Shown here piece by piece: positions 28,501-41,380 of a stretch of DNA of 64,000 nucleotides. A model generated the notes under the pieces. That model made no database searches and was not told the DNA's origin. It was given only the letters and a program-made list of their open reading frames with translations. A program made the translations under genes and the position numbers. This DNA is from Takakia lepidozioides (taxonomy: Eukaryota > Plantae > Bryophyta), in the NCBI GenBank assembly GCA_030704615.1, contig CM060732.1, positions 63,302,001-63,366,000 on the forward strand, written 5' to 3'. Within the stretch, counting starts at the first letter, position 1, and each line of letters starts with the position of its first letter.

Positions 28501-31500
28501 CATCCCTCCCCACAACCATTGAAGGCCACCACTGCGCATATCCGTAGAAGTAAGAAAAAATCCATCAAGCCAATGTAATGAAGTGCCATAATCCATTCTA
28601 AGGTAGTTTTGACTTTTGAGGATTCAATATCTTTAGGGAAGAATTGAAGTAAAACTAACCACTTCATATTGACACATGCAGATAGGTTCAGATTGATTGC
28701 AAACCTGTAACATGCGTGTGAGCTTTGACTCTCTGTAAGGCACGTGTTGTCCCCTTTTCCGCTCATCACCCAACGCACTTAAACATCATCACACATCAGG
28801 AAACCAATCAGCTTCATGCACGTGGGATCTTCACAACTTTGGGATGTGTCGGTTTACCAATTCTCTCCTGATGAGCACTTATACTGCACTGAAGAATGAC
28901 CCTGCTAAAAGGAGGAATCAAGTATATTGTACGAATGTTAATTTCCAGGGAAGCATTGAGATGACAAATCCCTTAGAAAATAGCCCTGCAGTATCCTAAT
29001 GCTCAAGAAGCAGGTCTTCCAGTTTTTGTCCTCCAAGGTATGACCCTCACCAGGAATTGCTAGACACTGATACACAGCTGATAACAGTCTGTTTCAGGGC
29101 TGGCTTGATATGATACTAGCAAGTATAAAACTGTTGTTGACTTCACTATTACATGAACAAGGCCGCCTTACAAGTGGTTGTGGGTTCAAAGTCACATAGG
29201 TGTATGTTGGATGTCACCCATTATAGCCAACCCAGCCATAAAAGGGGGGTTACTGGATCGACCTCACACCCAACTATGGGTACATGGGGACTTTTGAGTC
29301 CTTTGGGGGAGGTAGTTGCAGCCGTGAAAAGGTGTCCACCTTCCAAACAGAAGGCAGTAGCCATGAGACATGAGATACGCTTGCTTTGGCAGGAGTCAAC
29401 TTCTTCTTACGGGTTGCAGGTCAACCTCAGCAAAACCAAAATCATGGTTGTAAATGGCCATGCGGATCGGAGATTCCTCTTCAACCAGCAAGAGATTGAG
29501 GTCGTGAAATCATGACATCGGTCTGGTTATCCACTCACCCAGATTTTAATTTGCATCAACTGGCATGGACAGGTTGACGAAGGGCAAGGCAACGTCCATG
29601 CACCTTCAGGCTAAATGCAAGCAAATACACATACTCCACCCCTCCCACCAAGAAGTGGCTCATCGTTATACCCAATCTCCCACGGAGGTCCATTAGGAGG
29701 ATCAGAAATGCTTGGCAGATTACATGAATGAGGTGTTGACTCTTAGACAATTGAACAATGGTTGCTTTTGGATTGCTTGTGGAGGGCACCTCTCTCTTTC
29801 TTGTGTGATGCTTTCTCTTGTCCAATAAGCTCTCTGAGCTTTCCACAGACGATATAAAGTATCAATTCATTTCCTTCATTTCTATCAGCTGGTTGCCTTC
29901 CTTTAGTCATACTTAGCCTGTCTGTCCTTCACTCCTCCAAGGCTTAGTTTCTTAAATTCTTAGACAGTGTTGTGTAAAAGCTCTTTGGGTTTCCTGTGGA
30001 TGTTATAAATATGCTTTATTTCTCTCCTTCCTGTCACTCTCATCCCTACTGGGTCATCAGGATCACTAACCTGATGACATTGCCCAATGCAAGCAGGCCG
30101 CAATTGATAGTGACCGATTCCTTAAAGCGCATGCCCACAGCCCCTGTGCGCTTAGCTCTCTCTGAACCTGCCAAGTCCACCTGGAAAATCCATATACCCA
30201 TGTGGCAAGCTTTATGCTACATGCTCATCTCAGAGGTACCTTAGCAGTCATGTATTTGTGTTGTCACTTGATTTAGAATTAGGTAGACACTTCAGAAAGT
30301 AGTTCACAGCCAAACAACCCAGTGACTGCCTCAACACCATTTGCAACTGGGAATCTTTGTAGATTAGATGGCTAACCAAGTGAAACTTTGCAGTGATGAC
30401 ATCATTGCTACTAGAACCCTCCTGCAAGGATCGTTGCTCCACGATGATGGTGAAGATGGCATGGGACCTGCTTGAATGCTGGTTCATCAGTGTGCTCCCT
30501 GTTGTTCGAAACACAGATCCATGCTCCAAGCACCTGCCACAACTAGCTGTCCTGACAAGACGGAACAAATCCACGGGAACTCCCAGGGAAAAACAAGCAG
30601 CAAACAAATAAACTTTATAGAGTCCCAATGAGAGACTCGAGAAAGTAAGAAAGGATATTACTACGCCCATGGTAGGCCAAAGACACGGTAGAACCTGTGA
30701 ACCCAAAGACCAAATCAGATCCCAAATGTTGCACTAGCAGAATGACTTATTTAGGCAAGCTGCTAAGCACATTGGATACTCACAACTGAAGGCAAGCCCA
30801 GGGATGAGCAAGAAGAAAACATACGAGGAAAGAGAAAGGAACAAGGAAACGAAATGAAATGAAATGAAATGAAATGAAATGATACTTTATAACATGAATA
30901 ACAGTGATTGAGTTGTATCATATGTCATCGGAGAGGACCAGGAAGAAAGCATGATAGAACTGCAGCTTGGTTGTAAGTGTTATGATTGCCAGGTCTGCTT
31001 AACATGGAGTTCCATCAGCTCTTGCCTAATGAGCTTGTTGCAGTCAAGCTTGGAAATGAAATGAAATGAAATGGTACTTTATAACATATGTTCTCATCAA
31101 AAGTTTCCTGCACACGTGGGCTATTAAATACCCTTAAGGAAATAATCCCGGCTTTTGGGTTTCAGCAAAGACTGAGCTGAAACTCGGTTAGTAATTGATG
31201 CATGGCATGGACATCATACAAGAAACCCCTGATGCTCTGGCCTTCTTACGGGTGAAGAGGAGGAAAGAGAAATGAAATGAATCGAAAGAAAGAAAGAGGA
31301 GCCAGCTGGCCCTATCAAGGCCAGAATGCTGGGCTTGCCAAGATTGTCATCGGAGGTTTTGGAAGATTCCAGTTTGATCTGGTGTGTTTACTCCTTCCTC
31401 CCCACAACAGAGGTTGCAAACTGAGTGTTGACATAAGGGATGACAATGGACATTATACTAGCGACACATAGTTCATACCAACTGTTGCAACATCCCACGT

Positions 31501-33535
31501 GATATTTATTAGTGTGGCTGCTGAACATAGCTAAAGAAACTCCCATCCATGGGCACCAAAATCTATCTACCCATCAGTGTAATGCTCGGCCACAACACAG
31601 GTATCATAGCTTTTGTAGCCATTCGTCTCACAGAGTACCTTCTCCAGGTTTAATGATAGTCCCAGTACAGAAACTCCATGGCTCTCTCATAGTCAGTGAC
31701 ATCCCATCTGGAAGAGTTCAATCTAGCTGGACTCAAAGATGGATCAACATTAAACAGCATGGGGAGGTGAGAAGTATGAAAGAGAGTGAAAGAAGACTCA
31801 CACGCCTCTCAGAATCCCCAAAAAGTAAGAATTGAAAACAAGAAAGAGGGGAGACCTGATCATGTTCTCAAAGCTTGTGACCACTTCTTCCTTGACGCCA
31901 GCAAGAATAATGTCTCCGTTCGCATCTTCACGAATGGAGATGGACTTGGAGGGTGTGTCAGGATGTAGCAGATCCTTTATTTCCTCATTGTAAATTTCAA
32001 CAAATGCACACTTGACCTGCTCACCCAGTTGTCATGCACAGAAAGTGACAATACCTCAACACCCTTTTAACCTAAGGCTCATCAGTTGAACTTATCAAGA
32101 TCAGTAGTATCTGCGTGACCGCCCAAAGAGATCTACCAGCTTTATATCACCGACATGAAGACTACTTCAAAAACCCAAGCCTTCAAAATCAAGAGACTGC
32201 TGTGCAGAATCTATAGATGCAGTACAAATTAATAAACTGGTCATACAGAGAGTTTCTTTAGGGGCATTAGCTCAGTAATATTTGTAGGAGAGAAAGGCCC
32301 CTCGAGGCCTGACTCAGAGAAAACCTTCAAACTCCCATTCAAACGGGAATTGCTACATCCAATCTTTGTCGAATTTAGACTCTCCACTTACAGGTACAAA
32401 CGTATGGAGTACTCTTTGCTGATACACATGCTTACAATTATGGCTCGCTGTGAGTCAGCAGATCAGAAGTTTGACGGCTTGGCATCCCTTTATCACACAG
32501 TGATGGATTGTGATATTTCAATCATATCACAAAAATAGTGGATTTCTAATTGCAGGGAATGCCATGGTCCGATTCATCGCCCTGAAGTCGAACTTACCAG
32601 GAACTCAGCCTGACTAGTGCGTTCCTCAATACTTTCATAGAGCTGGCGGATAGCACGTGGTAGAATGCCAAGCTCCTCTTCTAGGAGTGACACGTTGTTG
32701 CCACAGCCCATCGTGAAGGTTTTTCCTGATCCTGTCTGTCCATATGCCAACACAGTTGCATTGTACCTGGCCCCACCAGTTTTTCTCCTTTCAGCTCCAG
32801 GTTACCTACATCTATCTGTCTCTCAAACAAAACAAACGACAAATGTACCTTCAAACTGGAGCATGCATCCCATCCCGTGATATCCTTCATGCTCAGATCT
32901 CCTTGCCTTAACCGCAACCTCCAATTGCACTATGCATGTGGCGAAAGGAACCGACTCGCTTCTCTACATTATTTAAGGGGCAGCAGACTGGTGGATTGGG
33001 TAACACACAAGAGTGTAAGCATAACTGAAAAAATCGCAAACATCTGCGTGCGGGCCAGTAATCCTTTACTGTGCACCACACATGGAGGCAAGACATATCA
33101 GCATCGATGACTACTGAGATTCCCTTCCTTTTCATAATTGCAGTCGTTAAATTATTTTCCAATCTCATCCATATGCATCCCTGACACAACACTTCGTTTT
33201 CTTGCTTTCTTGATTCAGAACCTGCTCCCTCATTCATGGATCTATGTGACAGATTACCCGGCACAGCAGCTGTCAACGAGAGGTTTGACACAGTCGAGGT
33301 AGACGTCCTCCTGGCCGATCATGGGGCCAAACACATGGTCAAACGTGAAGCGTCGATCTTTGCCTAGGACCACCTGGCGGCCGTCAGTGGAGTATGAGAC
33401 ACATTCTTTGCATTTCTCAACAATCTCCTTCTCGATCAGAGGGCGGGCCCGCACTGCCACTCTCACGGAAGAGCCATCGTCGGAGAGGCTAAGTGGCACT
33501 GGCAGGTCATGCGTAGGCGAGAGCGGAATGGTCAT
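7545..33535 (-). CDS. Kinesin-4 family motor, KIF27/KIF7-like, more than 20 exons
   Basis: Motor exons: [21 protein letters not shown] (33535-33258), [20 protein letters not shown] (32766-32598), [13 protein letters not shown] (32016-31856), [16 protein letters not shown] (~30533-30377), [13 protein letters not shown] (30180-30071), [14 protein letters not shown] (~28778-28704), [14 protein letters not shown] (~27473-27427), [15 protein letters not shown] (~26843-26706). Coiled-coil exons include [19 protein letters not shown] and [20 protein letters not shown]. Stop TAA at 7547-7545. The start codon and several stalk exon borders are approximate. Confidence 0.9.
10380..10557 (+). mobile_element. 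RTE/RTEX-like LINE 3' end fragment with (TTTCA)n tail
   Basis: Reverse complement of the 3' UTR of the 24-26 kb LINE (AAGCTC..GAGCTTTCCGCGGACGTTATAAAG), ending in ttcatttcatttc. Confidence 0.75.
10685..11250 (+). mobile_element. 5'-truncated RTE/RTEX-like LINE
   Basis: [30 protein letters not shown] and [25 protein letters not shown], followed by the family 3' UTR and a TTTCA tail. Confidence 0.85.
11620..11720 (-). repeat. Possible tRNA-derived SINE head; related copy at ~29158-29195 on the + strand
   Basis: The minus strand has an A-box-like TAGTCCAATG and a B-box-like GTGGGTTCAAAGC. AAGGTCGCCTTGCAAGCGGTCGTGGGTTCAAAG recurs as AAGGCCGCCTTACAAGTGGTTGTGGGTTCAAAG at 29158. Confidence 0.4.
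11967..12741 (-). mobile_element. Two adjacent 5'-truncated RTE/RTEX-like LINE copies (~11967-12157 and ~12158-12741)
   Basis: ORF 12280-12720 is nearly identical to the C-terminus of ORF 24115-25038. Both copies end in (GAAAT)n on the + strand. Confidence 0.9.
14415..14652. repeat. ~125-bp tandem duplication in a kinesin intron
   Basis: GACGGCT..CAGCCTGAGG..GAATATTGGAGTACTCT..CAAAATATTACTTCCTAGATAATTTTCC occurs at ~14416 and ~14541. Confidence 0.7.
15100..16310 (-). mobile_element. Second LINE family, 3' part, degenerate
   Basis: [14 protein letters not shown] (post-RT thumb region) and [33 protein letters not shown] (CCHC finger). Related copy at ~27635-28620. Confidence 0.75.
16415..16740 (-). 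mobile_element. RTE/RTEX-like LINE 3' fragment
   Basis: Family 3' UTR plus degenerate sequence encoding EHF..CLAAYLH. Confidence 0.7.
17397..17880 (-). mobile_element. Two tandem RTE/RTEX-like LINE 3' fragments
   Basis: GAAATGATACTTTATAAC..AAGCTC..GCTTATGGGAC at ~17400 and (GAAAT)4GGTACTTTATAACGTCCGTGGAAAGCTC at ~17672. Confidence 0.7.
20339..20780 (-). mobile_element. RTE/RTEX-like LINE 3' fragment
   Basis: [28 protein letters not shown] and a (GAAAT)n tail. Confidence 0.7.
23998..26070 (-). mobile_element. RTE/RTEX-like non-LTR retrotransposon, 5'-truncated, frameshifted ORF2 (RT plus C-terminal CCHC)
   Basis: [58 protein letters not shown] and [16 protein letters not shown]. The 3' tail is (TTTCA)n. 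Another short 3' end lies at 26097-26149. Confidence 0.92.
27635..28620 (-). mobile_element. Degenerate copy of the second LINE family
   Basis: Collinear similarity to 15120-16200 (TGTACTCATAAGAC..GTAGC.TTGTGGC, ACTACCTTTGT..GGGGCT, CCAAGGTAG.CCTAATA..GCAAAGCATGG). Confidence 0.65.
29400..29885 (+). mobile_element. Internally deleted RTE/RTEX-like LINE fragment
   Basis: [35 protein letters not shown] matches the 25076-25408 ORF and is joined to the family 3' UTR. Confidence 0.75.
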
Positions 33536-33891
33536 GGCTACGATATTGCGATTATCCTGTCACTGTATTTGCAAATTGACTGCACGGTTCAACTCCTTCC
33601 CAACTTCAGCCCCACCGTCTCTTCTTCTTTCTCATACACCCCTCTTCGTCTGACTCTTGCTACTGGCTCTGCCTTTCTATGTCTCTTCTCTCCCAGGAGC
33701 TGACCCAGCAGACCAGAAACCGAAATTGCAGGGAGGCAGAGCTGTGAAGGGACATTGGTGGGCACAAGAGGTGTGATGCCTGTGTCGAGGGCAGTTAGAC
33801 ACTCCCCCTCCATGGATTCTGCACTCCCCAGCTCGGGACCCCTCTCTTCCTGTTTCGGTGGGCCCTCACCGTCACAAAAACAGTAATCAGG

Positions 33892-33911
33892 CCCTAACCC
33901 TAACCCTAAAT
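33892..33911. promoter_or_regulatory. Telomere-like (CCCTAA)3 / telo-box-like motif upstream of the kinesin gene
   Basis: GCCCTAACCCTAACCCTAAA lies ~360 bp upstream of the kinesin ATG, near ACGCGT and CACGTG motifs. Confidence 0.3.
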
Positions 33912-35259
33912 AGCTTACACGCGTCCAAGTACCCTAGATTTCGGTCGCCATATTAGGGGACGCGTGGGATTTAACCTGGACGATCACGTGTCCCGAGATG
34001 ACTGCATACAATGACACGACAGTAATCGTCCTTTATTCCTTCCTTACACTTACCGGTATCTATCTTATCTTACATTTATTGCACATCACGCATCCTGTGG
34101 GGCTGGGGTTCAAAGTTCAAACCCCTGTGTGCTGTCTCTCTCTGCCTTCTGGCTGGGGCTCTGCCTTCTCTGCCTTCTTGCTGGTGTTTCCTTGGAAACA
34201 AAAAACTGAAATAAAAATAAGAGCAACTAATGAGATAGAATTATCTGACTCAGGAAACTGATTTTTTAAAGTAATGCTGTAATCGAGGGTTTTTTTTTTT
34301 TTAATTGAAGGAAAGGGGACAGAGGCGGCTGTTTACATAAAACAGTTTTCACAAGAGGTGGGAAAAATAACCACCAGGGAGGCTGTAAAGGCTCACTGAG
34401 GGGGAACTTCCCCGAAAAAATTTTCCCTCCATCCCAAATAAAATTAATCTCAGGGCCACTGTCCCCTGTTTTAAATAAATAAATAAATATAACTTAATGG
34501 AATTGGATGTTACTGATAAAACTTTTTTTTTTTTTTTAAACTAAGTATCAATATAGGTTGTTTGTTTGTTGGCCCTGCCTTTCTAAGGCAAGACTACGCA
34601 AAGGGTTTGAGTTGCTTTAGCACCGATACTTTCGATTAGACTACCAATTTCATCGAGACAGTTGTCAAAAGAATATTTTTTTTAAATGAATGATATCCGT
34701 TCGTTGGTCAAGAAGAGAAGCGATGGCAAAATGGAGCGCCCGTGCACCCATGGAGAGCATGCTTTGGTTGAGAACAGAAGTGAGGGTGGCAGAACATTTC
34801 TTCCTTCATCGTCCTTTCTACTATGAGGATGAGATCCGTTGGAGATTAAATGTCTATTGTATGATACCCAATCTCTCAGAGCTCGACTTCGGTCATTACG
34901 AGTATCAGAAATGCGAAGGAAACGCGATGGCAGAATGGAGTGCCCGTGTCATTTTAAAGGCCTTGCCATCATAAGTTGATTTCATTATGGGCAACTGCAT
35001 CACACACATCAGTAATATATCTTATCTTTTCAGTCTTGAAATTATGGTTGTCCATCAATGAGATACAGTGTATGGAAGGCCTTGATAACCTCCACTTAAA
35101 GAGCTGAGTGTGGGAAGTCTCGCTGTACTTTTGTGAGTGTGCATATGATTTTGCAGGAGGGTGCAATAAGTTTTCTTTGATTGCTTTTCAATTCAGAATT
35201 GGAATTATTGTAATAAGTAGGGTTGGGGTGTTTGCAAGGATGTATGCATGATTGTCCAG

Positions 35260-38110
35260 CGCATGGATAGCTGAAGGAGCAGGGGTAGAGTGTGGGTTCA
35301 GATTCATCCAAGAAGGCTGGATTTTAAGCTCAAGATTAGCTATGGTTTCATGTGCATCGATAGCTGGAAGAAACCTGCATGGGTAGATGATGAACTGGAA
35401 GCTGCAGCAGCAGCGGCACAGTTGATAAAATCAGGCAGAGTTAATGAAGGCACTTTTTTCAACACATTTCATCCTGTTTTTTTCTCTTATTAGGACCAGC
35501 CCTAATTCCATGTTGAATTCTGCAATGGTGACTTTGACATGCTATTGCCAATGTGACAACATGAAAGTATCCAGATACATGTAACAAAGACGAGGAGAGG
35601 CTGTGGAAAGAATAATTTTTTGACCCCAGTCAATGGTGGGACAACCGAGGCCAAAAGGTGAACGCCTGTTAGATTACAGAGAGTAGCAGATGCAATTCAA
35701 CATAGGAACTAGTGTGATAAGCTGAGTTGGGTGTTTCGTAGAACAAATCTAGGCTATCATTGTCAGCTGCTAGCAGCAAGGCAAGGATGAACGCATGATT
35801 TGTGCAGAGGCATGGATAGTTGAAAGGAACAGGGGTAAAGTGTGGGTACAGAATTATCGAAGAGGAACAGATTTCAAGCAGAAGAATACCTATGATTCCC
35901 TGTGGATCAATAGCTACAAGAAACCTACATGGTAGATGGTCAACTAAAGGCAGCAGCTGCAGCGGCATAGTTGATAAAATCAGGCACCTCATCCATGACC
36001 ACAGCTTCCGGAAGAGGATCAAGAGAGGGACTCCACAATGCTTTGTGAGGCAGGTAGACTGAAAGAGGCTCTACAGACTTTAAACCAATGAGGCATTTTA
36101 GCAGATTCAGGTACGTATGTCTGTTTCTTGTACACTCACATTATCCAAAGTGGATTCACGCCAAGTGTTTTTTCTCCTCAACACTCTTGTTAAGATATAT
36201 GTTAAGTGTGGGAGCATCATGGATGCTCACTATGTGTTCAACGGAAAGCCTCAACGATCTTTAAGCACGTGGAATATAATGTTGGCAGGATTTAATGCTT
36301 TGGAGACCTATGAGCAAATGATGGGAGAAGGGGTAAAGCCCAATTGTGCGTGTTGCAGGGGTAGAGTGTGGGTTCAGATTCATCCAAGAAGGCTGGATTT
36401 TAAGCTCAAGATTAGCTATGGCTTCCTGTGCATCGATAGTTGGAAGAAATCTGCATGCGTAGATGGTGAACTGGAAGCCGCAGCAGCAGCGATAAAATCA
36501 GGCACTGTTAATGAAGGCACTTTTTTCAACACATTTCACCCTGTTTTTTTCTCTTATTAGAACCAGTCCTAACTCCATATTGAATTTTGCAATGGTGACT
36601 TTGGCATGATACTGCCAATGTGACATGATACTTTTCTGACCCCAGTCAACGGTGGGACAATCGAGGCCAAAAAGTTAATGTCTATTAGATTACAGAGAGT
36701 AGCTGATGCAATTCAACATATGAACTAGTGTGATAAGCTGAGTTGGGTATTTCCTAGAACAAATCTAGGCTGTCATTGTCAGCTGCTAACAGCAAGGCAA
36801 GGATGAACGCATGATTTGTGCAGAGGCATGGATAGCTGAAGGAGCAGGGGTAAAGTGTGGGTACAGATTCATCTAAGAGAACCAGACTTCAAGCAGAAGA
36901 ATACATATGATTCCATGTGGATCAATAGCTACAAGAAACCTACATGGTAGATGGTCAATTAAAGGTAGCAGTTGCAGCGGCACAGTTGATAAAATCAAGC
37001 ACCTCAACCATGATCATAGCTTCCGGAAGAGTATCAAGAGAGGGACTCCACAATGCTTTGTGAGGCAGGTAGACCAAGGAGGCATTTTAGCAGATTCAGA
37101 TACGTATGTCAGTCTCTTGTACACTCACAGTATCCAAAGTGGATTCACGCCAAGTGTTTTTCTCCTCAACATTCTTGTCAAGATGTATGTTAAGAGCGGG
37201 GGCATCATGGATGCTCACCAAGTGTTCAACGGAATGCCTCAACGATCTTTAATCACGTGGAATATAATGTTGGCAGGATTTACCAAGCATAGGTGTGGTA
37301 GGAATGCTTTGGAGACCTATGAGCAAACATTGGGGGAAGGGGTGAAGCCCAACCCCATCACGTTTGTGTGCGTTTGCAATTGTGTGCAAGCCTGGCAGCT
37401 CTGGAAAATGGCAAAGAGGTCCATGGTGACATTGTCAAAGCTGGAATTGTACCCAATGTCATTCTGAACTTTGCCCAGTGGATATGTATGCCAAATGTGG
37501 GAGAATTGAGGATACAAAAGGAGTGTTCAACACTATGGCTGAACGAGATGCGGTGTTGTGGAACGTGATGCTTGCAGGGTATGCATAGCAGAGGCGCACC
37601 AGGTGTTCAACGGAATGCGATCTTTAATCATGTGGAATATAATGTTGGCAGGATTTACCAAGCATAGGTGTGGTAGGAATGCTTTGGAGAACTATGAGCA
37701 AATCATGGGAGAATGGGTGAAGCCCAACCACATCACGTTTGTGCGTGTTTGCAGTATATGTGCAAGCCTGGCAACCCTGGAAAAGGGCAAAGAGGTGCAT
37801 GACAATATCGTCAGAGCTGGAATTGTAGTAGATGTGGTTCTCAACAATGCCCTAGTGGACATGTATGCCAAATGTGGGAGCATCGAGGATGCAAAGGGAG
37901 CGTTCGACCATATGGTTGATCGAGATGTGGTGTTCCACGTGATGTTGGTAGGGTATGCACAGTAGGGATGCGGTATGAAGGCTTTGGAGACGTATGAGCA
38001 AATGATGTAAGAAGGGGTGAAGCCCAACCACATCACGTTTGTGTGCGTTTGTAGTGTGTGTGCAAGGTAGCCTTGGAAAAGGGGAAATAGGTGCATGGTT
38101 GCATCGTGAA
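35260..38110 (+). pseudogene. PLS-class pentatricopeptide repeat pseudogene cluster with a ~1.08-kb tandem duplication
   Basis: NTLVKIYVKCGSIMDAHYVFN, TWNIMLAGF, GVKPNHITFV..CASLATLEKGKEVH and NALVDMYAKCGSIEDA, with many stops and frameshifts. 35278-36345 is repeated at 36355-37352. Confidence 0.85.
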
Positions 38111-39916
38111 AGCAAATTTCTTCACAGGTCCCATCCCAGGGATCATTTAATATACTGAGTGGTGCAATCCCAGACAATCTGGCAGACTTGAGTGCCTTGG
38201 GGTTAGCACAAGTAGTCATTTGGGTATGCTTTCTTTGGAGATTGGTACAGGGGAACAGGGATGTCCACAACATTGAGCTTGACAGGTTAGCCATGGCAAC
38301 ATCGTTTCCATCATGTGTCAGGAAGTGTTGTATGCGTATATTCACTCTAGGCCTTCTTATCCCAGTAATTGCAAGTACATTCCAAGATCCGGAACTACAG
38401 TGAGACAGCTGCTAGTATGATCCTTTGGTGAGTAACAAGAAGAGTTCTTCGTCCAAAAGCTAGATCACAGAATCAGTGCACCTTCAAGTGCTAGACTGGG
38501 CTAATGCACAAGGATGAAGCAAAAGATGTTTACCTGAGAGGTATTTTCTATATGTTGGCAACTGGAATGTCAAACTTGTTCTCCTACCCTTAGCCTCATG
38601 CACCTCAGCCTCATGCACTTCCCCATGAGGATCTCCATGCTGGAAAATTCATTGATGTGGAGTAGTTGTTTTTGGGCTACTGGTCGAGGGCCCAAATTCT
38701 GTCTTGTATCCTGCTTTCATTTGTTGGCCCTGCCTTCTCGAGGCAGGACTACGCAAAGGGTTCAGCCGCTTTTGACACATTGCCGCTTTTTCTTTCTTTT
38801 CTTTTTTCTTCGATTTACTTTTCAATTCGAAAAACGTGTAATGTTAATATTCCATCCGCATTTATGATGAATAAAATGCCTTGGATGAATAGTTTTGCGT
38901 ACACGTGAGGTCGTGCTGGGTAGTTATATTGTATGCAGCTCGTTCACATAGCAGGAAAATCTTCTCAGTGATTGAGAAAGAGTGGAAATTCATTTTGGAC
39001 GGGAGTGATTTAGATCTCCAAAGGAGGGAGATCTCCGAGAACATCAGTACCCACAATTCTGGAAGCGTCTGTTGCTGGTTCAAAGGAATTTGCAGGAACA
39101 GTTGTCTGCACAGGCCCTTCCCGAAATAGGAAGGGACGTTGCCCTGCGCGTTGTGTGTTGTTTATCTTCCGATTGTTCGCTCTTCTTCATCTTGATGTTA
39201 GGTATGGGTTTGTGTTTGTTCAGAGGTTGTGTTTTCTTGTTGCCACCAACAGGATGTGCGTATGTTCCTTAAGTAATCGCAATTTGGATTCCAGTGCATG
39301 AGAACAAGCAAGTGAAAAAGCTTGGGAGGTTGCAGTAAACTATATTTGTCAAATTATTAGAAGCATGATTGCAACGGCCAGAGGTGGTGCCTCCTGGCAC
39401 AGTTCAAGGGAAGGAGCTCGGAGTCAGTCGATCCACGAACCCGCACAGCGTTTTGCTGATTTTGATGGTGTGTTTTCTTTCCTCGTCTCTGTGCTTCGTG
39501 ACTGAGAATTTCGCTTATTTTAAGGGTTATGGAAAGCAGCTATGGACGTGGGACCTTGTTCACGTCTATGTGAGAATAATAGAGCCATATCAAACCCCAT
39601 GTGGCGGGGTGAAAGCCTACGTTGATTCATAGACACTTGCCCGTCATGGCACTTGCAGAGGATGAGTCCGTCATCTCCAGAAATGTCTGAAGCAGTGTCT
39701 GATATCAAATGATGTACTCCAGTTTTGTAGGGTACAAATGTTGTGCGGATGGACCCTTTGCACAGGTGCTGAAGCCTTAAGGTTAATTACAAATGTTTAG
39801 TGCCAATTCACTATAGCCACTGATTCCTGGTATCTATTTGACATCACTATTCATAGTGTGAGCTTTTGCCACCATTTGTCCATCCCTCCATAACATTCAT
39901 TTCACATTGCTTGCTA

Positions 39917-41349
39917 TGTCATGGTTTTAGTCATGGTTATCTAGAATTACCTACTTCTAGTTAACTAGGACATTTTGGATATTTATATTTATATTTTGTG
40001 TGTTGGAACTTCATTGGGTCTCACATACCAAGTGAGGTGTCGAGCCTCACTTGGGACATGGAGATAGGCTTTCCCCTTCTGGGGATGGAGGAGGCTCATC
40101 TTCTTGTAGTTGAGCCTCTATGAGCTTCTCTTACCTCCATGGCTCTAGGTATTGAGAGGGAGTGTGTTGAGGGCTTTGTAGGATGGATTCTCTTAGCAAG
40201 GGTGCCCTTGACTTGACTTAGTTTATGTGATAGAGTGGATTTCACTTGGAAGGACTAGGACTTGTTCTTACACTACTACATTTAGGGGGGGTTAGCGACG
40301 CCAGGACCCCGGGCACGCCGGACGCGCCGACCCCCTGCGACTGCAGCGTCGCACAGACGCCCAGCTCGTTGGGGCGTCGTAACGCCGGCGCTCAGACGAC
40401 GTTGTGGCATCTTGCGATGCCATGTCGTCGCCGGAAAGGGGCCTGACCCCATTCCCCTGCCAACGCACTGGGGGGGGTTGCGACGCCCCCGGATGTTGCG
40501 ACACCGGGGAATCGCAACGAGACGTCGCAATGCCGCAGCCTAGCGACGCTTTTGCGACGGCCGGGCGCTCCTGCGACGGCGGGGAATCGCAATACCCAAG
40601 ACCAAAAAAAAAAAAAAAAAAAAAAAAAAACCCTGGTTTTTTTTTTTTTTTTTTTTTTTTTTCGCGATTCCCCGCCGTCGCAAAAGCGTCGCTGGGGCTG
40701 CAGCGATGCGATTCCCCAGCGTCTTGGGGGCGTCGTGAAAAATTGATTTTGGGAGTAGATTGTAGAGCATAATGGGCTTGGCATCTTCAGACTATAGCCA
40801 TTGTCCAACAATAAGTTGCAATGCAGCTTTACAAAACTTAGGCCATTGATAGATATTTGTTCTTGAAGAATTCTGGGGACAAGTCTAGGTGCAAGTTCCA
40901 GCTGTGAGAGCTCCTGTAGAGTACGCATAATCTGCAACACAATGATAGGATTGCGATAGTGGTAGGAGCTAACTCTTGATATGTATATATATATATTTGG
41001 ACTGCTTTTGTGATACATAGATGTATTGTAGATTTGTTGGTTAGTGTGCAGTGTCTTAGAAATGTTATAATGTGGAGGTCCTAGATTCAAATATGCATTG
41101 CCTAATATATGTAGAACAATGCATGAATTGTCATTGGACAAAACCGGAGTCAATGGTCAACGTCGAGTAAATGGTCAACTAGTTTTTGAAATTCAAATTC
41201 AAATTCAAATTCAAATTTTCCCACCTAAATTCAGATATACCCCCCTACTGTGATGTCTGGGGGTCGCATGTACGACCCTCGGACTCAGGAATCGCAAACC
41301 CCCCGGGACCACCCGGCCGCGGCGCCAGCGCGATGACGTCCAGGCATCG

Positions 41350-41380
<31 letters not shown>

